Source: a virus
IMG/VR virus record: IMGVR_UViG_3300025545_000003
Span: 42,831 to 106,830 of that record
Length of the DNA: 64,000 nucleotides
Reading direction: 5' to 3' (one strand)
The position numbers and the translations under genes are program-made. The notes under the pieces are model-generated. The model saw nothing but the letters and a program-made list of their open reading frames with translations, was not told the DNA's origin and did no database searches. Below are positions 54,648 to 64,000 of this stretch, piece after piece; the stretch's first letter is position 1; every line of letters begins with the position of its first letter.

Positions 54648-57002
54648 TTGCCTTTGTACTTTTCAGGCCGGGTCCACTCCGTCATCTACGATGACCCGGC
54701 CCAGGCTTTCTACATTCTGAAGATGAGTCTGGACGCTCCCGAAACCCCGGAAGGGCAGATCGGGATCGTCAAGGGCGTGCAGGCCACGGTCAAGGGGCAC
54801 GTCCCCGGTATCCCCATCAAGGTGGGGACGTGGTTCGGGTTTGAGGGCAACTGGAAGACCCACAAGACGCACGGGAAGCAACTGGCGATCACGAAGGCCC
54901 CCATCCTGAAGAACGGGTGGGACGCGGACACCGCTGAGAAGATGCTCTCCGCCAACGGGGTCGGCCCACGCCTTCTCCTGCTTGCACGGCAGTACTTGGG
55001 CGAGGATTTCGTTGCCGCCTTGTCCGACCCCAAGCAGTTGGAGGTCGTTCCGGGCATCGACGAGTTCACTGCCCTGCACATCTCCCAGCGGTGGACGTCG
55101 ACGCAGGCGTACTTCAAGACCCTCACTTTCCTCAATGATCTCGGCGTCCCCAACAGCAAGGTGCGGGAGGTGTGGGCCAAGTTCGGTGGTGAGGCAGAGG
55201 AGGTGCTGGCGAAGAACCCGTGGGCGCTGGTGCGTCTGGAGGGCTTTGAGTTCAGCGCCGCCGACGAGATCGCCATCCGTCTGGGCCTTCCCATGGACGG
55301 GGAGAACCGGGTGTACGGGGCCGTCCTGTACTGTGCCCGCACACAGCGGGGCATGGGTCACCTCTACATGCGAACGGGGCAAGTCATGGGGACTGTCCAA
55401 GCCCTGATCCCCGGTGTCACGACCAGGCAGGTAGCGTCGGCCCTCAAGGAGTGCCATCTCAACAAGGATCTCGTGGTGGACAGGGAAACCCTGCCGGGGG
55501 CCGTCGCGGTCTACGAGCCTTGGTCCTGGGAGATGGAGTCTGAGTCCGCCAAGCTGTTGCACAGCCGACGGAAGACCGCCGCCTACGGGAAGGGCGGGCT
55601 GGAGTTGAAGACCTACTTCAAGCGGCTCCGGGGTGTGGGGCCGGACACGAAGGCCAAGGCTGAGATGAAGCGCCCCAGGCTGGCGACGGTCATCAAGACC
55701 GCCATCGAGGAGTGGGGCCTGTCCTCCAAGATGGTCCTCTCAGACACACAGAAGAAGGGCATCTTCAACGCCCTTACAGAGCCCGTGTCCGTCCTGACCG
55801 GGCTGCCCGGAACAGGTAAGACGACCAGCCTGCGGGCCGCCGTTCGCATCCTTCAGGATTCCGACGTGCCCTTCCTCCTGTGCGCTCCTACTGGGATCGC
55901 AGCCAAGAACCTTTCCGCCCTGTCCGGGGCACCCGCCCACACGATCCACCGGGCGTTCTCCGCCCGAGGGAAGTCTGACGACAAGCGGGAGTCCACGTAC
56001 ACGGGCATCGTGGGTGAGGCGGACGGTGAGAAGGGGGACATGGGGCAGGGTTCGCAGTGGGGGTTCAGCGTAGAGCGCCCGCACCCGGCGGAGGTTGTGT
56101 TCGTGGACGAGTCCTCGATGGTGGACCAGCACCTTATGTACCGGCTGCTCACCTGTACGTCCCCGCAGTGCCGTCTGGTGTTCGTGGGCGACCCCGCACA
56201 GCTTCCCTCTGTGGGACCGGGCAACGTGTTGCGGGATCTGGTGTCCAGTGACGTGTACCCCGTTGTTCACCTGGTCGAGATCTTCCGTCAGGAGGAGACC
56301 AGCGACATCGTGTTCGCCGCCCACGACATCTACAAGGGCGAGGTGCCCTCCTACACTCAGGGGTCGGAGTTCTCGCTGTTGATCCTCAAGTCAGAGGAGA
56401 TGGTGCTGGAGGCGATCCTGAAGATGGCCTCCAAGCTGTACGATCAGCGCCGTAACTTCCAGGTTCTGTCACCCCGTCACGGGGGGACCGTGGGGGTCAC
56501 GAATCTGAATGACAGGATTCGGATGATCCTCAACCCACAGGGGATCGGGTTGCAGGAGGTTCGTCTGGGCGGTGACGTGATCCGGGAGGGCGACCGGATC
56601 ATGGTCGTCAAGAACGACTACGAGAAGGGCGTGTTCAACGGTGACGTGGGCAAGGTGTCCCGCATTAACCGCAAGGACAAAGAGGTGGAACTCAAGATCT
56701 TCGGCCAGCCTCCGGTGTTCGTGAAGGTGGCGTTCAAGGATCTCCCCCGCCTCATCCGTCTGGCCTATGCCTGTACCGTACACAAGGCACAGGGCCTGGA
56801 GTACGACGTCATCGTGATGCCGCTCATCGACGGGTTCAGGCACCAGCTACAGCGGAACCTCTTGTATACGGCGGTCACGAGGGCCAAGAAGCGGGTCGTG
56901 CTAGTGGGCACGCACACAGCACTGGCCTCCGCCGTGTTCAACGACAAGGAAGACCTCCGCAACACGCTTTTCAAGCAGCGACTCCAAGCTCTCGCTTCCT
57001 AG
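54648..57002 (+). CDS. recD: RecD2/TraA-family helicase
   Basis: GLPGTGKT, APTG, VDESSM, GDPAQLPSVG, TVHKAQGLE, YTAVTRAK. Confidence 0.93.
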   Translation: MPLYFSGRVHSVIYDDPAQAFYILKMSLDAPETPEGQIGIVKGVQATVKGHVPGIPIKVGTWFGFEGNWKTHKTHGKQLAITKAPILKNGWDADTAEKMLSANGVGPRLLLLARQYLGEDFVAALSDPKQLEVVPGIDEFTALHISQRWTSTQAYFKTLTFLNDLGVPNSKVREVWAKFGGEAEEVLAKNPWALVRLEGFEFSAADEIAIRLGLPMDGENRVYGAVLYCARTQRGMGHLYMRTGQVMGTVQALIPGVTTRQVASALKECHLNKDLVVDRETLPGAVAVYEPWSWEMESESAKLLHSRRKTAAYGKGGLELKTYFKRLRGVGPDTKAKAEMKRPRLATVIKTAIEEWGLSSKMVLSDTQKKGIFNALTEPVSVLTGLPGTGKTTSLRAAVRILQDSDVPFLLCAPTGIAAKNLSALSGAPAHTIHRAFSARGKSDDKRESTYTGIVGEADGEKGDMGQGSQWGFSVERPHPAEVVFVDESSMVDQHLMYRLLTCTSPQCRLVFVGDPAQLPSVGPGNVLRDLVSSDVYPVVHLVEIFRQEETSDIVFAAHDIYKGEVPSYTQGSEFSLLILKSEEMVLEAILKMASKLYDQRRNFQVLSPRHGGTVGVTNLNDRIRMILNPQGIGLQEVRLGGDVIREGDRIMVVKNDYEKGVFNGDVGKVSRINRKDKEVELKIFGQPPVFVKVAFKDLPRLIRLAYACTVHKAQGLEYDVIVMPLIDGFRHQLQRNLLYTAVTRAKKRVVLVGTHTALASAVFNDKEDLRNTLFKQRLQALAS

Positions 57003-57073
57003 TGGGTACGTTCCGGGTTCCCCCCGAGTAGATGGGGTGTGAACAGAACACGACCCTCGAAAGGGAGGACAAC

Positions 57074-57499
57074 ATGGCTGACGAAACGAAAGACAAGGCA
57101 CGAGCGGAACTCAGGGCTGAACTGGCCCGCATCAAGAAGGGCCTCCGGGTCACGAAGGTGGTCTGTACCCGTTCCATCAAGGGACGGTACGGAGATGCCT
57201 ACGTGGGCTTTTCGGCGGCCTGGGACACGATCCAGGACGATGCCGGGGGCGGGGCGGATCTCGTGTCCGCACAGGACGGTGACGTGGCAGAGGCCAACCG
57301 TGCCAGCGGGATGACCCTCAAGGAGTCCCGGATGGCGGCCCTCGTACTGGGGCTTCAGGCGGACCTGGCCGCAACGGACAACGCCATGGCGGGATCGACG
57401 ATCACGTCGGAGCAGCGTCTGGGCGCACAGAAGGCCATCAAGCACAACTACGCTTCGCTGATGAGCGAGGCGTTGTCGAACGGTAACGGAGGCAACTGA
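57074..57499 (+). CDS. Hypothetical protein
   Basis: GGAGG RBS. Confidence 0.65.
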   Translation: MADETKDKARAELRAELARIKKGLRVTKVVCTRSIKGRYGDAYVGFSAAWDTIQDDAGGGADLVSAQDGDVAEANRASGMTLKESRMAALVLGLQADLAATDNAMAGSTITSEQRLGAQKAIKHNYASLMSEALSNGNGGN

Positions 57500-58557
57500 T
57501 GACTACGGCGGCGTCCGACTTCCTGACGTTCACGGTTGAGGACGCCGAGGAAGTCTTTGGGGAACTCAAGGAACTGCACGTCGACCTGGACGCAGATCCG
57601 TTGGCCTACGGGCCGAAGCGGCTGAATAACAAGATGGCCGAGTGCCGTGGGGTGATGCACCGGGTGGAGCGGATCTTCCTCCGGGTGTCCAAGAAGCTGC
57701 ACGGGGTTACCCGTGCCAAGCGGCGGGCGGAACTGGACATCGAACTGGCCAAAATGCAGCTTCTGGCGGAGGACCCTCATGTCCGGGCCGGTCGCAGCGT
57801 GGCCGACCGTGATGCCGAAGCCTCGATGAAGCTCCGGGACGAGATCCTGGCTTTCGACGAACTGGAACTGACCGAGATCAGTCTGGCGCAGACGATGGCT
57901 GTGGTGAAAGCCAAGCGGGCCGACCTGAAGTCCACCGTTTCGATGCTCAAGGATCAGATCCGCCTCTGCAACGAGGAGATCGGGTTGGGGGCACAGTGGG
58001 GATCTAAGAAGGTGTCGGCCCCGGACTTCAAGCCCGTGGACGCCACGGCGGAGTTGGCCGACATCGACGGCATGTTGGGGGATATGGAAGGCGAGATCCC
58101 GCTCCGTGTGTTGGGATCCGATGACGAGGATGCCGAGGGGGCGGAGGTTGAGGTGCCTGTCCCGGTAGAGGACGAGGATGCCGTAGAGGATCTGGCGGAC
58201 GTGATCGCCACGGTAGGTGGGCTCACAGAGGAGCCTGAGCCTGTAGCCCCGGTGGTGGTGCAGCCTGTGCCAGAGGCCCCCACGCCGCCCGTGGAGCCGA
58301 CAGTAGAGGAAGCCCCCAAGGATGCCCCTGTGGAGCCGGAGGACGAATCTGGGGGGCTTGTGGAGCCAGAGGAGGCCCCTTCGGCGGCGGAAGCGTTGCC
58401 CGATAACACGCCCGCAGACCTGGCCGAATCCTTCCTTGACGCCATGCCCGAAGATGCCGTTTCGGACCCCTCCTTCAAGGATCCTCTCACGGGCAAGACC
58501 GCCGACGATCTGTTGGACGTGGACTCCATCCTCGATTCTTTTGAGGACATTGATTGA
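57499..58557 (+). CDS. Coiled-coil protein with acidic tail (possible recombination mediator)
   Basis: Helical N-terminus, E/D/P-rich tail; context. Confidence 0.55.
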   Translation: MTTAASDFLTFTVEDAEEVFGELKELHVDLDADPLAYGPKRLNNKMAECRGVMHRVERIFLRVSKKLHGVTRAKRRAELDIELAKMQLLAEDPHVRAGRSVADRDAEASMKLRDEILAFDELELTEISLAQTMAVVKAKRADLKSTVSMLKDQIRLCNEEIGLGAQWGSKKVSAPDFKPVDATAELADIDGMLGDMEGEIPLRVLGSDDEDAEGAEVEVPVPVEDEDAVEDLADVIATVGGLTEEPEPVAPVVVQPVPEAPTPPVEPTVEEAPKDAPVEPEDESGGLVEPEEAPSAAEALPDNTPADLAESFLDAMPEDAVSDPSFKDPLTGKTADDLLDVDSILDSFEDID

Positions 58558-58657
58558 GGGGGGGTTTCAACCCTTCCCCCGTGGAGTAGAACCAGTCGAC
58601 AAGGACCTGTCCGGTAGATGACCCGTCCTGTCCAGACTACTTTAGGAGGTGCGTATC

Positions 58658-59383
58658 ATGAGCGGTTACCAGGACTTCAGTTTCGGCGAGAATGACTCCG
58701 GCATCGGCGAGAAGACCAAGCGCTTCAAGGCCGAGGGGGGTCACACCTACAGGGTGTCCTTCGGGTGGTGGAAGAAGACCGACGAGAACGGTCTGGCCAT
58801 CATGGACGGAGCGCCCCAGTTCACGGGTGCTCAGGTGAACTACATCCCGAACGCGGGCTACATCGTGAACAGCGGTCCCGAGTTCACCAAGCTCGCCGGA
58901 GAGCCCGCCCGTACCCGCATCGGCACGGTGCTGGTCGTGTGGCCGACCCTCAAGGACGGCACCATCGACAAGACCCGGCTGGCGGCTGGCGACGTGGAAG
59001 TGATCCCGTGGATCTTCAGCGGCGACAAGTACAAGCGCCTGAACCACATCCACAAGGAGTTCCCGTTCGGCCAGCACGACGTGACGCTCTCCTGCACGGA
59101 TACCCAGTTCCAGAAGATCGACTTCAGCCCGTGCAAGGACAGCCTGCTCGCCAAGATGATGGGCAACGACAAGGCCAAGGGGCTGGTCGACAGCATCTTC
59201 GCCGACGTGGCCCGCATCGTTGAGGGCATCCGGGGCGAGGTCGGGCGTGAGATGACCATCGAGCAGGTTCGTGAGAAGCTGGCCGGTGGTGGCGGCGGCG
59301 GTGGCGGAAGCGCCCCGGTCGCACAGGCCGCAGCGGTAGCGTCCGAGGACATCGACTCCATGGTCGATGACATGCTCGACTAG
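58658..59383 (+). CDS. Probable single-stranded DNA-binding protein
   Basis: Aromatic beta-rich core, Gly linker, acidic C-tail; next to ruvC and recA. Confidence 0.65.
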   Translation: MSGYQDFSFGENDSGIGEKTKRFKAEGGHTYRVSFGWWKKTDENGLAIMDGAPQFTGAQVNYIPNAGYIVNSGPEFTKLAGEPARTRIGTVLVVWPTLKDGTIDKTRLAAGDVEVIPWIFSGDKYKRLNHIHKEFPFGQHDVTLSCTDTQFQKIDFSPCKDSLLAKMMGNDKAKGLVDSIFADVARIVEGIRGEVGREMTIEQVREKLAGGGGGGGGSAPVAQAAAVASEDIDSMVDDMLD

Positions 59384-59407
59384 ACACCTCCCGTCACCGG
59401 GGGTGGC

Positions 59408-60079
59408 ATGCGTGTTCTCGGTATCGACCCTTCCCTGACAAACTACGGGTGGGCACTCCACGACAGCGATGCCGTGGGTGCCCACCGTTGTTTGGCCCGT
59501 GGGCGCTTCCAAACGTCCGCAAAAACACTCTTCATTGACCGCTACATCGCCATGCGGGACGCTCTGCGTGCTCACATTGAGCAGATCGGCGTGGACTACG
59601 GTGTCACTCGTGTAGGGCTTGAGTACCCGGTGTTCAACGATCTCTACAGCGAGGGGATGTACGGTCTGTTCCTGTATACCTGTGAGGCCCTCCGGCTGGC
59701 ACAGGTGGACGTGGTCTTCTTCTCCCCGATGCAGATCAAGGCGCACGCCCGAGAGTCCCTGCAACGCCCGAAGGGCTGGAAGATGATGAAGCCCGACATG
59801 GTGGAGGCCGCCAAGACGGACTGCGGGGGCAAGGGGCGGTGGAACCACAACGAGGCGGACGGTTATTGGGCTGCTTGGACCGCTGCTAGGTTCTGGAAGC
59901 TGCATGACGGAGTAATAGGGGTGGACGACTTGAACCCCGTGGAGAGGAAGCAGTTCACGCAGATCCACACGTTCACACGGGGCAAGAAGGCCGGGGACAC
60001 CGTTTTCAAAGGGATACTCCACCGGGAGGACGAGCGTTTCTTCCGATGGTCACAGGAGGGACTACAAGATGGCGACTAG
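59408..60079 (+). CDS. ruvC: RuvC-like Holliday junction resolvase
   Basis: VLGIDPSL, E, P-x-x-IK, NEAD. Confidence 0.8.
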   Translation: MRVLGIDPSLTNYGWALHDSDAVGAHRCLARGRFQTSAKTLFIDRYIAMRDALRAHIEQIGVDYGVTRVGLEYPVFNDLYSEGMYGLFLYTCEALRLAQVDVVFFSPMQIKAHARESLQRPKGWKMMKPDMVEAAKTDCGGKGRWNHNEADGYWAAWTAARFWKLHDGVIGVDDLNPVERKQFTQIHTFTRGKKAGDTVFKGILHREDERFFRWSQEGLQDGD

Positions 60080-61280
60080 AAAGAAGACTGAAGTGGGCAC
60101 CAAGCGGAAGCGCAGCCCTTTGAGTGCAGCCCGTGGGGCTGTCAGCGGCATCCTCAAGGATGACGACTCCTACGTGGAGGTGGACGAAAGCAAGCTCAAG
60201 GAGTCCCTCCCGCACCTCCCCTCCGGCTCCATCGTGATCGACTGGCTCATCGGAGGCCGTGCGAACCGCTGGGGCGTCATGCCCTGTCCTGGGTTCCCCA
60301 GGGGGAAGATCGTCAACCTGTACGGTCAGGAAGCGGCGGGTAAGACGACGATGGCCCTGGAAGTCGCCAACAAGACCATCGAGAACGGTGGCTACGTGGG
60401 CTTCGTAGACTGGGAGCACGCCGTCGACCTGTCCTACGCCAGTGCCCTCGGCATCCCCGTCCAGAACGAGGACGTGTTCAACCTGGTGCAGCCGGTCTCC
60501 TTGGAGCGTGGCCTCACCGTCATCACGGCGATGGCACGGGCCGGGGTCGACCTGATCGTCATCGACTCGGTCGGTGCGGGTGTCCCCCAGGCCATCCTGA
60601 ACCAGACCCTCGACGAGAAGGGCAACGTGGGCCGTGTTGGCCTCATCGCACAGATCTGGTCGCACTTCCTCCGGGAGTTGCAGTCCACCATCTCCCGTTC
60701 CGGCTCCTGCGTCATCGGGATCTCCCAGCTTCGCAAGGCCATCAACACGACGGGGTACGGCGGCCCGACCAACACGCAGCAGGGTGGAGAGGCGTGGAAG
60801 TTCTACAGCAGCCTTCGGTTCGGCCTCCGCCGCATCAAGTACGAGAAGGGGAAGATCTACGATCCCCTCACCCACAAGAAGATCGATGCCGTCATCGCCT
60901 CCACCATCCGGGCCAAGATCGACAAGTGCAAGATCTCGGCGTCACAGGGCCACGAGGCCGACTTCTTCGTCCGGTTCGGCGAGGGCATCGACGACATGAA
61001 GTCGGTCATTGAGATCGCCAAGGCCCACGGGATCATCAAGGGTTCCAGTTGGCTGTCCTGGGAGCGGGGCTCCGGTGAGACCCTCAAGATCCAGGGCATG
61101 GAACGCTTCAAGGAAGCTCTCCGGGCCGCTGACGGGGCCGTCGACGAGTTGTCCCGGCAGGTGATGGACGCCCTCACGGTGGCTGGTCCCGGCACGATTG
61201 TGGCCGCAGAGGACGAGGACCTGGACGTCGATAGCATCCTGACCGGCGTGCGGGAAGCGGCGGACGACGAGGCTAACTAG
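60069..61280 (+). CDS. recA: RecA/UvsX recombinase
   Basis: YGQEAAGKTT, VIDSV, SQLR, GGEAWKFYSSLR. Confidence 0.95.
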   Translation: MATRKKTEVGTKRKRSPLSAARGAVSGILKDDDSYVEVDESKLKESLPHLPSGSIVIDWLIGGRANRWGVMPCPGFPRGKIVNLYGQEAAGKTTMALEVANKTIENGGYVGFVDWEHAVDLSYASALGIPVQNEDVFNLVQPVSLERGLTVITAMARAGVDLIVIDSVGAGVPQAILNQTLDEKGNVGRVGLIAQIWSHFLRELQSTISRSGSCVIGISQLRKAINTTGYGGPTNTQQGGEAWKFYSSLRFGLRRIKYEKGKIYDPLTHKKIDAVIASTIRAKIDKCKISASQGHEADFFVRFGEGIDDMKSVIEIAKAHGIIKGSSWLSWERGSGETLKIQGMERFKEALRAADGAVDELSRQVMDALTVAGPGTIVAAEDEDLDVDSILTGVREAADDEAN

Positions 61281-61317
61281 CGGTCTCCTTCGGGTAGAGT
61301 GACCGGAGGGAGGCTCT

Positions 61318-62415
61318 ATGCTCACCGTAAACGTACAGAATTTCCAATCCATCGCGGCGGTGAAGCTCCTCATCAAGGGCTTCACCGTCGTGACGGGTCA
61401 GAACAACTCCGGCAAGTCCGCCTTGATCCGGGCCATCCGTGGGGCACTCCAGAACACACGGGGCACGTCCTTTATCCGGCACGGGTCCAAGACCACGACG
61501 GTCAAGCTGGAGATGGACGACGGGCACACGCTGGAATGGTCGAAGGGTACGGCCAAAGGGGCCAAGCCCACCTACCATATCGATGGGGGTGACGCTATCC
61601 ATCCGGGGCAGTCCGTCCCGGATGAGGTGCGGGATCTGGGGATCGTCCCGATCACCGCTGGTGGCCGTGAGGTGTGGCCCCAGGTTGCCCCGCAGTTCAC
61701 GGGTCAGGTATTCCTGCTGGACCAGCCCGGTAGCGTCCTCGCCGAAGCCGTGGCGGACGTGGAGCGGGTAGGCCAGTTGAACGGCGCTCTCCGGTTGGCG
61801 GAGTCCGACAAGCGGGCCGCCTCGTCCGAGTTGAAGGTGCGGAAAGCGGACATCGGCGGCTTAGAGGCCAAGCTGGACGGGTTTAAGGGTCTGGAGGACG
61901 TGGAGGCCACGCTCGTACAGATTGAACAGGCCCAAGGGAAGGCCCTGACCATCGAGCGGGCCGTTTCGGGTTTGACGGATCTGCACGACAGGCACACAGG
62001 AGCCAAGGAGGCGGTAGGCCGCCTATCAGGGATCGAAGACGTGAATCTGCCGGGTGACGAGCCTTTTGAGGCCGTCCGGGTACTGCTGGGGGAGAAGGCT
62101 GGTCTGGAAGGGCTGGCCGCCAAGCATTCCCGCCTTGACTCGGAAGTTACTAGGTTGAGTGGCGTGGAGGAAGTCGGTGTAGACATCGACTTCACGCAGA
62201 CAGAACGCCGGTTGGCCGCCTTGGACGTGATGCGGGGCATGCAGTCCCGCTACCTCAAGGCGACCAAGAAGGTGACGGACACGGAGCAGGAGTTGGCGGA
62301 CGCTGAGTCCGCCTTGGACGCTGTGACCCAGGAGTTTACGGAAACCCTGGGTGGGTTGGGTGAATGTCCGGTCTGCGGCTCGACGCTGGCACATGAGCAC
62401 GGAGGTGCAGTATGA
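61318..62415 (+). CDS. SbcC/Rad50-like ATPase, N-terminal half only
   Basis: NFQS, GQNNSGKS, coiled coil, ends at CPVCG hook. Confidence 0.8.
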   Translation: MLTVNVQNFQSIAAVKLLIKGFTVVTGQNNSGKSALIRAIRGALQNTRGTSFIRHGSKTTTVKLEMDDGHTLEWSKGTAKGAKPTYHIDGGDAIHPGQSVPDEVRDLGIVPITAGGREVWPQVAPQFTGQVFLLDQPGSVLAEAVADVERVGQLNGALRLAESDKRAASSELKVRKADIGGLEAKLDGFKGLEDVEATLVQIEQAQGKALTIERAVSGLTDLHDRHTGAKEAVGRLSGIEDVNLPGDEPFEAVRVLLGEKAGLEGLAAKHSRLDSEVTRLSGVEEVGVDIDFTQTERRLAALDVMRGMQSRYLKATKKVTDTEQELADAESALDAVTQEFTETLGGLGECPVCGSTLAHEHGGAV

Positions 62416-63062
62416 GGTACGGCATCGTTGCGGTGGTACTACTGGGCATCGGCTTCCTGGCCGGGGCTACCATTCCAGGTCTCTTCGCACTGGAGGAGAG
62501 GCACGAGAACATTCAACCGTTCCCCGACTGTGGGGACGTTGCGATGACCTGTTTGGAGTGCCCGTCCTGTCCGACGTTGAGCGACCTGTTCTCCGTTGAC
62601 CGGGACGCACAGATCGACCAGATCGTGAAGGCCATGGAGGCCATCGCCTCTACGGCCTATCCGCACGACCTGGGCAAGCTGATCGAGGGTTGGGAGCAGT
62701 CCTACACGGCGAGGGACATCGCCCGGATCATCTTGGACCACGCTGAGTCCAACGACATTGACCCGCTGGTACTCACCGCCATCGTGTGGAAGGAGTCTAA
62801 GTTCCGGGTGCGGACGTTCGGCGACTACAAGAACGGCAAGCCCCGCAGTTGCGGGATGACACAGGTGATGACGACCTTCCGGGGCCGCCCTGAGTGCAAG
62901 GAACTCCTCGACCCCTACTTCGCCATCGGGTGGACGGCAGAGCATCTGGCCAAGTTCCCCGGCTGGTGTAAGGGGTGGATGTGCCTTCGCAAGTACAACG
63001 GGGGCGACTACGAGGTGAAGGTCTGGCGCATCGCCGATAGGATGCGGAGGGCTACGCTGTGA
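62412..63062 (+). CDS. SLT-type lytic transglycosylase with N-terminal anchor
   Basis: AIVWKESKF, GMTQV, YNGG. Confidence 0.75.
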   Translation: MRYGIVAVVLLGIGFLAGATIPGLFALEERHENIQPFPDCGDVAMTCLECPSCPTLSDLFSVDRDAQIDQIVKAMEAIASTAYPHDLGKLIEGWEQSYTARDIARIILDHAESNDIDPLVLTAIVWKESKFRVRTFGDYKNGKPRSCGMTQVMTTFRGRPECKELLDPYFAIGWTAEHLAKFPGWCKGWMCLRKYNGGDYEVKVWRIADRMRRATL

Positions 63063-64000
63063 AGGACACCACCCTCGTTTTCAGGACAGACGCCCACATC
63101 GCCGACACAGCCCCGCAGGCCCGTGTTGACGACTGGACGGCAACCATCCTCGACAAGATCGCACAGGTGAATGACATCGCCCGTGCGGAGGGGGCGGAGG
63201 CGATTCTGGACGGGGGCGATCTCTTTCACATCAAGAGCCCGACCCGGAACAGTCACCGCCTCGTTGAACGTGTGGCCGCCGTGCTGGCACAAGGGCCGCC
63301 GACCTTCTGTTGCGTGGGTAACCACGACGTGAAGTACGGCAACATGGAGTTCCTGCCGGAGAGCCCGCTGGGCGTCCTGTACGCCTCTGAGGCTGTCCAC
63401 AGGTTGTATGACACCCACGAGGCCGTCTTCGGTGGCGACGGGCGTCCTGTGGTGCGTGTGGTGGGCATCCCCTACCACGGCGTTGAGTACGACTGGAACC
63501 GCCTTACGTCATTGGTCAAAGGCGACGAGGACTACCTCGTAGCCGTGGCCCACTGCCTTGCCAGCCCGCGGGGCGGCGAGATGTTCGGGACGGAGGACAT
63601 CCTCCAGTACGGGGAACTAGCCAACCTTGCCCCGGACGTGTGGTGCTTCGGCCACTGGCACAAGGATCAAGGCGTCCAGCAGATCGGGGAGACTCGGTTC
63701 ATCAATCCCGGCAGTCTGTCCCGTGGGGCCTTGAACGAGGATGACGTGAAGCGCACCCCGAAGTGCGTCGTCATGCGGTTTGAGAAGTCTGGGGTCGTGA
63801 TCGAGGAGCGCAAGCTCAAGGTCGCCCCGGCCATGGAAGTGTTCGACATCGAGGGCCGTGCCCGACAGGAGGGTCGGGATCTCACGATGGAGACGTTCGT
63901 GGGTAACTTGAAGGACGTCCTTCTCGGCCAGTCCGATAGATCCATCGAGGACATCGTGCGGGCCGACGATGATCTCCCCGACGTTGTGAAGGAACGGGTG
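63059..64000 (+). CDS. sbcD: SbcD/Mre11-like nuclease (3' partial)
   Basis: TDAH, GGDLFH, VGNHD, GHWH, NPGS. Confidence 0.88.
   Translation, partial: MKDTTLVFRTDAHIADTAPQARVDDWTATILDKIAQVNDIARAEGAEAILDGGDLFHIKSPTRNSHRLVERVAAVLAQGPPTFCCVGNHDVKYGNMEFLPESPLGVLYASEAVHRLYDTHEAVFGGDGRPVVRVVGIPYHGVEYDWNRLTSLVKGDEDYLVAVAHCLASPRGGEMFGTEDILQYGELANLAPDVWCFGHWHKDQGVQQIGETRFINPGSLSRGALNEDDVKRTPKCVVMRFEKSGVVIEERKLKVAPAMEVFDIEGRARQEGRDLTMETFVGNLKDVLLGQSDRSIEDIVRADDDLPDVVKERV

Noticed and set aside
61858-61885. GGCTTAG-N15-GGTTTA inside the sbcC-like gene
   Set aside because: Intragenic with an imperfect second box; not counted as a promoter.
1-64000. Alternative genetic code or suppressor tRNAs
   Set aside because: Conserved genes end normally at TAG, TGA and TAA, and no CTA, TCA or TTA anticodon was found.

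Overview
A 64-kb segment of a high-GC jumbo bacteriophage genome. It has no rRNA or CRISPR, a dense set of orphan ORFs, and phage-type replication genes. Left: the end of a plus-strand tRNA cluster (5 tRNAs plus HNH genes), nucleotide-sanitising enzymes, a NitT/TauT-type ABC transporter with an OmpA-fused binding protein, RtcB, and a CobS/CobT-like AAA+/vWA pair. Centre: Pth2, tmRNA, and a minus-strand array of 20 tRNA genes (Leu, Ser, Thr, Tyr, Phe, Trp, Arg only). The array also holds a minimal RNase P RNA interrupted by a GIY-YIG endonuclease ORF, a QueF-like gene and unidentified structured RNAs. Right: GroEL, HU, probable virion proteins, an SNF2 helicase, a sigma-like protein, clamp-loader subunits, an intein-containing class II RNR, RecD2, SSB, RuvC, RecA and SbcCD. 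Best candidate for a new system: the tRNA array sits behind a sigma70 promoter, a 32-codon leader peptide whose codons match almost one-for-one the anticodons in the array, an antiterminator/terminator pair and a boxA. This looks like an attenuator that would switch on replacement tRNAs when those tRNAs are depleted. Also notable are homing-endonuclease cassettes that break a tRNA or peptidase gene and carry their own replacement copy. All calls were made by eye; no database searches or folding programs were run.
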